Positions 31,569 to 36,049 of a stretch of 36,049 nucleotides of DNA are shown here, piece after piece; the first letter of the stretch is position 1; every line of letters begins with the position of its first letter. A model generated the notes under the pieces. It had not been told where the DNA came from, searched no databases, and saw only the letters and a list, made by a program, of their open reading frames with translations. The DNA is from Eubacteriales bacterium (GTDB lineage Bacteria; Bacillota; Clostridia; Oscillospirales; CAG-272): NCBI GenBank assembly GCA_045643765.1, contig JAZRFS010000193.1, forward strand, positions 1 to 36,049. Reading direction: 5' to 3'. A program made the position numbers and the translations under genes.

Positions 31569-32815
31569 CACAACGCTTCGCTCGCTTGAAGGCAGCGTGC
31601 TATGCTACCAACGTCACGATGTCGGTCGTCACCAATCTCGCGCCGCTCCTGTTCCTCACCTTTCGCGAGCTGTACGGCATCTCTTACTCCCTGCTTGGAC
31701 TTTTGGTGCTGATCAACTTTTTCACCCAGCTTACGATCGACCTGATCTTTTCCTTCTTCTCGCACAAATTCAACATTCCCTTGGCAGTCAAGCTCACCCC
31801 CGTGATTGCTTGCATAGGGCTTGCGCTATTCGCCGCCGCACCCGTTTTGTTCCCGAGCAACATCTATCTTGGACTGGTGCTTGGCACGGTCGTCTTTTCC
31901 GCATCGGGCGGCTTTGGCGAGGTACTGATCAGCCCCGTGATCGCGGCGATCCCCGCAGACGATCCCGAGCGGGAGCTGAGCAAGCTCCACTCGATCTACG
32001 CGTGGGGCGTGGTCTTCTTTGTGATCGCTGCAACGGTGCTTTTACTATTGCTTGGTCACGAAAACTGGCAGATCGTGTCGCTTATTTTTGCACTTGTGCC
32101 CCTTGTGGCTACAATCCTCTTTATGGGCGTAAAAATCCCGCAAATGGAAACGCCCACGCGTGTATCCGGTGTGCTTCAGCTCTTTAAAAACCGCGCGCTC
32201 TGGCTGTGCGTGCTTGCCATCTTCCTCGGCGGTGCTTCCGAGTGTATCATGGCGCAGTGGAGCTCGGGCTATCTGGAAATGGCACTCGGTATTCCTAAAA
32301 TCTGGGGCGACATCTGCGGTGTGGCAATATTTTCCGCAATGCTGGGACTTGGTCGCTCTCTTTACGGGAAATACGGCAAGCATGTAGAAAAAATTCTGCT
32401 GCTGGGTGCGGTCGGCGCGTGCGCGTGCTACCTCACTGCGGCGCTTTGCCCGATCCCTGTGATCGGCCTTGTTGCCTGCGCCCTTACGGGACTTTGCGTC
32501 TCAATGCTCTGGCCGGGTTCCTTGATCGTCGGCTCGGAGCGCTTTCCCACAAGCGGTGTGTTCATCTTTGCAATGATGGCTGCGGGCGGCGACCTCGGCG
32601 CCTCTGTTGGACCTCAGCTGCTCGGCATCGTGGCAGATACTGTCGGTGCCACCATTTTTGCCGCAGAGCTTGGTGCAACGCTTTCCCTTACCGCCGAGCA
32701 GATCGGCATGAAGGCGGGCATGCTTGTCGGTGCTCTCTTTCCGCTTTGCGCGATCTTCGTGTATATCAAGCTGTGTCGGGATGCGAAGAAAAAAGCGACG
32801 CAAAACAAAAATTAA
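31565..32815 (+). CDS. MFS-type transporter
   Basis: 416 aa with ~12 TM helices. ATGA overlap with rsmA. Confidence 0.75.
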   Translation: MTQRFARLKAACYATNVTMSVVTNLAPLLFLTFRELYGISYSLLGLLVLINFFTQLTIDLIFSFFSHKFNIPLAVKLTPVIACIGLALFAAAPVLFPSNIYLGLVLGTVVFSASGGFGEVLISPVIAAIPADDPERELSKLHSIYAWGVVFFVIAATVLLLLLGHENWQIVSLIFALVPLVATILFMGVKIPQMETPTRVSGVLQLFKNRALWLCVLAIFLGGASECIMAQWSSGYLEMALGIPKIWGDICGVAIFSAMLGLGRSLYGKYGKHVEKILLLGAVGACACYLTAALCPIPVIGLVACALTGLCVSMLWPGSLIVGSERFPTSGVFIFAMMAAGGDLGASVGPQLLGIVADTVGATIFAAELGATLSLTAEQIGMKAGMLVGALFPLCAIFVYIKLCRDAKKKATQNKN

Positions 32816-32829
32816 GCCTCAAACGGTAT

Positions 32830-32866
32830 AAAAAAGCGCGGTTTTCACCGCGCTTTTTTGTTTTTG
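32830..32866. terminator. Bidirectional terminator between convergent genes
   Basis: AAAAAGCGCGG-ttttca-CCGCGCTTTTTT. Confidence 0.8.
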
Positions 32867-34750
32867 TTACATCGTAGCAAGCGTTTCCACCTTGCCGTCC
32901 TTCACACGGATCTTGCGCAGCTCCATCGGGGCAAGCAAGAGTGCCTCGGGCTTGTCGGAAAGCGGCTCGATGACCGCCGTAGCGGGCATATCGTAGCTTG
33001 TATTGAGCAGGTAGATCACGTCATCCGCATAGCACGCGTAGCGCACCTCGGAGCCGGTAAGTACGCGCGGAGCATCTCCCGTAGCGCGCAGCATCTCGCG
33101 CACAAGGAAGCGATACAGCGGGTAAATGCCGTCATTGCCTGCATAATCCGTGGCGGTAAGGAACAGCGTGTGTCCCTTGCCGAGCGAATTTTCGATCACC
33201 GTGGCAGGCATTTCGACCTCCTCGGGCAAGAAGCCGTCCGCCAGCGCGGCGCACCGCTTACCGCTTGTCAGCTCGACCTCGGCATAATGTACGTTGCCGC
33301 AGGAATAGATCGGGTCGGCGGGCTTGAGGTTCGGGAAGGGATAGTGCATATTCTCGATCCCACTTTCCGCCCAGAAGCGATGGCCAAGTCCCGTATACTT
33401 AACGTGATCCGTCAGCTTGCAGCCAACCAGCTCACTGACATCGCCGCCGTTCGGGTACGTGGGCTTACCGCCACGCACGGGGTTGGTATTCAGATGTGCC
33501 GCAGTAATCAGCAGCTTGCCGCCATTTCTCACATACGTGACAAGGTTTTGATAAATTTCATCGGTCATCGTGTTCCAGCCGACAAAGATCAGGCAGTCAT
33601 AGCGCTGCATTGCCTCGGCCGAGGAGTTTGCGGGAATGACGTCGAAGGTTCCCTCGGGTGCTCCCGCGGAAACGTCAACACCGTCGCGCTCATAGCAATC
33701 CGGCTCGAACCAGTCGCGCTTTTTGTTGATCTCCTTGACGATCTTCCAGGCCTGCTCTGCCTCGCCGTAGGCCCATTCGTCCTTAAACTGGCTCCATACG
33801 TAGCCGCCGCCCCAGCCTCCGCTGTAGCTATCCAGATTGCCTTGGATAAAGGCAACACGGGCGCGCGGACCGCCTGCGGGGCGCTGATCCTTGATGAATT
33901 TGTCATAAAGGCGATATACGACCTCGCTGTTGGCCTTGGCGATCTCGTTCTCGGCCGGCAATTTCACACCGTAAGAAGCGATTTCGGAAATACCACTTTC
34001 CAAGCAGAACAGCTGCGAGCCCGCGAGATAGCAGTATTTATAGATCATCTCAAATCTCTTGCGCTTCAGCTCGTCGAAATGGCGCATGCCCGCGTACCAC
34101 TCGTGCGCGATGTACGTACCCCACAGGGGCGCATTTGTGGCGCGTGCCACACCGCGCAGGGCGGAAAGCACCAGCTCGGGGTTGGCACAGGGCGTTTCCG
34201 TGAACGGCAGGTCTACACCAACTTCCATATTGTAATTATTGAGCATCGTTGCTTCAACCGAGGCAATATGCGGAAGCCCCAACCATTTTGCCGTTTCGGC
34301 AAAGCCTTTGACGGTATCTAAGTAGGCATCCTTTGCCGCCTGCATATCGGCGGCATCCTGCGCGGGCATTATCTGTTTGCCCGTGCCGTAGTAGCCGGGG
34401 AGCTTGCAGGCATAGGAGCTACCCGTTTCGCCCAGCATATCGCCAAGGAAGTAATCCCCTGCAATTTCCTTGATTTTCGCTACCGTTTCGGGGGTAATGT
34501 GTGCGCGCTCGCCTTTGGGCGGGTTCTGAATGGCATACAAAAAGATGAAATGCATCTTCTGCTCCGTCATAAATTTCGCCCATTCCAGATAGTAATGCTC
34601 CTCTACCTTTTTGGAGCTGGGCGGACGGATGGTGATAAAATTGATACCGCGCTCGGCATACTCGCGCAGCTCAGCCATCACGCCATCCTTGTCGAAGCCG
34701 TGCTCGCCCACGTGGAAGCCGTACAAAATCTCATCATGTTGCTTGCTCAT
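32867..34750 (-). CDS. Uncharacterised protein, putative glycoside hydrolase (TIM-barrel plus GATase-like middle domain, GH42-like layout)
   Basis: A GGAGGA RBS 5-6 nt before ATG 34750 (MSKQHDEILYGF...) is preferred over the track start at 34837. The fold and family assignment is only by resemblance. Confidence 0.5.
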   Translation of the reverse strand: MSKQHDEILYGFHVGEHGFDKDGVMAELREYAERGINFITIRPPSSKKVEEHYYLEWAKFMTEQKMHFIFLYAIQNPPKGERAHITPETVAKIKEIAGDYFLGDMLGETGSSYACKLPGYYGTGKQIMPAQDAADMQAAKDAYLDTVKGFAETAKWLGLPHIASVEATMLNNYNMEVGVDLPFTETPCANPELVLSALRGVARATNAPLWGTYIAHEWYAGMRHFDELKRKRFEMIYKYCYLAGSQLFCLESGISEIASYGVKLPAENEIAKANSEVVYRLYDKFIKDQRPAGGPRARVAFIQGNLDSYSGGWGGGYVWSQFKDEWAYGEAEQAWKIVKEINKKRDWFEPDCYERDGVDVSAGAPEGTFDVIPANSSAEAMQRYDCLIFVGWNTMTDEIYQNLVTYVRNGGKLLITAAHLNTNPVRGGKPTYPNGGDVSELVGCKLTDHVKYTGLGHRFWAESGIENMHYPFPNLKPADPIYSCGNVHYAEVELTSGKRCAALADGFLPEEVEMPATVIENSLGKGHTLFLTATDYAGNDGIYPLYRFLVREMLRATGDAPRVLTGSEVRYACYADDVIYLLNTSYDMPATAVIEPLSDKPEALLLAPMELRKIRVKDGKVETLATM

Positions 34751-34761
34751 AACAATCCTCC

Positions 34762-35385
34762 TTATTTCAGATCCAATCCTTCCGCGGTCTTTTGCGGCAC
34801 ACAGCGGCCGGCCGTCAGCTCTACGATACGGGCGCAAAGTCCCTCGCCAAGCTCGGCAGGCAACGCCACGCTGATCGCAACGCGGTCGGTGAAATCCGTC
34901 CCCTCTTCTCTCGCACCAAGTCGAGGGAGCTCAGGTTGTATTTTTTGGTAGTCAGCATAGGTACAATCCAGCAAATAGTACCCAAACGGTACGTATTCCG
35001 CCACACCGGCGGCCGCAAGTCCTGCATGTGCGGCGGCACCGTAGGTGCGCGTAAGGCCTCCTGCGCCAAGCAGAATGCCACCGAAATAACGCGTGGTGGC
35101 GACCACCACGTCCTCAAGACCCGTGCGACGGATCGCCTCCAGCGTCGGCATGCCCGCCGTACCCGTGGGCTCACTGTCGTCCGAGTAGCGCGCCGCACCC
35201 TTGCGCAGCACGTAGGCAAAGACGGTATGTCGGGCATCGGGGTGCGCTTTTTTGCGCTCTTTTACAAAGGCGGCTGCCTCCTCCTCGGTTGCCACGCGTC
35301 TCACCGCGGTGATAAAGACCGAGCGCTTTTCCTCGATCTGTGCCTCAGCCTCCCTTGCTACGGTACGAAAAATATCACCACTCAT
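34762..35385 (-). CDS. yigZ: YigZ/IMPACT-family protein (UPF0029)
   Basis: EEKRSVFITAV...AHPDARHTVFAYVL...YSDDSEPTGTAGMP...VVVATTRYFGGILLGAGGL is the canonical YigZ pattern. Confidence 0.88.
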   Translation of the reverse strand: MSGDIFRTVAREAEAQIEEKRSVFITAVRRVATEEEAAAFVKERKKAHPDARHTVFAYVLRKGAARYSDDSEPTGTAGMPTLEAIRRTGLEDVVVATTRYFGGILLGAGGLTRTYGAAAHAGLAAAGVAEYVPFGYYLLDCTYADYQKIQPELPRLGAREEGTDFTDRVAISVALPAELGEGLCARIVELTAGRCVPQKTAEGLDLK

Positions 35386-36049
35386 TGTCCTTCTCCTTTG
35401 GCGGTGCCACGTCGTATTGCTTCAAGGGGCCGTAGGTCTTATCGTCCACCGTAGCCGTGACGCGCACGCCCTCGGGGCCGTACTCCACGTCCTCGACCGT
35501 CGCGTTTTCATAGAGCTTATTCATCAGTCCCTGCTTCGCGTTCGGGAAGAAAAAGGTCACGCGTTTTTTGCCCGCGTGCAGCATTTCCTCGACACGTTGC
35601 ATCAAAATATCTACACCCTGTCCCGAGGCGGCTGAGATATACACGCATACCCCATCGGGTCGGGTAAGCCCCGGCACAGCCGCACCGAGGTCGCATTTGT
35701 TGAACACGTAAAGCGTGGGCTTGCCACCCGCGCCAAGGCTTTCCAGAAGCTCCTCGGTCACGGCAAGCTGCGCCGCCGCCTCGGGATCGGAGGCATCGAT
35801 CACGATCATCAGAAGATCGGCGTAAACCGCCTCGTCCAGCGTGGAGCGGAACGCGTGAATGAGATGGTGGGGCAGGTTGCGGATAAACCCGACCGTGTCC
35901 GTGAGAAGCACGGTTTCCCCGCCCGGCAGCTGGCACTTGCGCGTGGTGGGATCCAGCGTGGCAAACAGCTGATCCTTCGCAAGAATGCCCGCATCGGTCA
36001 GGTAGTTTAAAAGAGTGGATTTCCCCGCGTTGGTATAGCCCACGATGGC
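35375..36049 (-). CDS. hflX: GTPase HflX, C-terminal part (gene continues beyond the right edge)
   Basis: AIVGYTNAGKSTLLN (G1), DTVGF (G3) and NKCD (G4). The frame is open to the window end. Confidence 0.9.
   Translation of the reverse strand, partial: AIVGYTNAGKSTLLNYLTDAGILAKDQLFATLDPTTRKCQLPGGETVLLTDTVGFIRNLPHHLIHAFRSTLDEAVYADLLMIVIDASDPEAAAQLAVTEELLESLGAGGKPTLYVFNKCDLGAAVPGLTRPDGVCVYISAASGQGVDILMQRVEEMLHAGKKRVTFFFPNAKQGLMNKLYENATVEDVEYGPEGVRVTATVDDKTYGPLKQYDVAPPKEKDNEW

Overview
This 36-kb window comes from a fairly GC-rich, spore-forming Firmicute, probably Clostridia-like. About 80% of it (from ~6.8 kb to the right edge) is ordinary core chromosome. It carries a Mn2+ homeostasis unit (yybP-ykoY riboswitch, P-type ATPase, MntP) and the conserved sporulation/housekeeping block on the minus strand: MOP flippase (spoVB/yabM-like), mazG, HU, S4 protein, yabP, yabQ and a divIC-like gene. 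It also carries hemZ, dtd, relA/spoT, recJ, a FAD oxidoreductase, cdaA plus a short cdaR-like gene, an Fe-alcohol dehydrogenase, tRNA-Val(GAC), rsmA, an MFS transporter, two glycosidase-like proteins, yigZ and a partial hflX. The unusual part is the left ~6.7 kb, a visibly AT-richer mosaic island made of two divergent operons around a decayed tRNA-Ser with an intact terminator. Operon (i), on the minus strand, has a consensus promoter, a ~290-nt structured leader with an intrinsic terminator, a B12-binding-domain radical SAM enzyme, a stand-alone Smr-domain protein and a tightly following MATE transporter. Operon (ii), on the plus strand, has a small conserved hypothetical, two translationally coupled XRE-HTH proteins with large unknown C-terminal domains, and a Cys-rich zinc-ribbon protein with 24 in-register G-[YF]-[DN]-x-x pentapeptide repeats. 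The island ends at a frameshifted, truncated tyrosine-recombinase remnant. These two operons are my candidates for an undescribed system. All functional ideas about them are inference from motifs read by eye. No CRISPR array, rRNA or intact transposase/integrase was seen.
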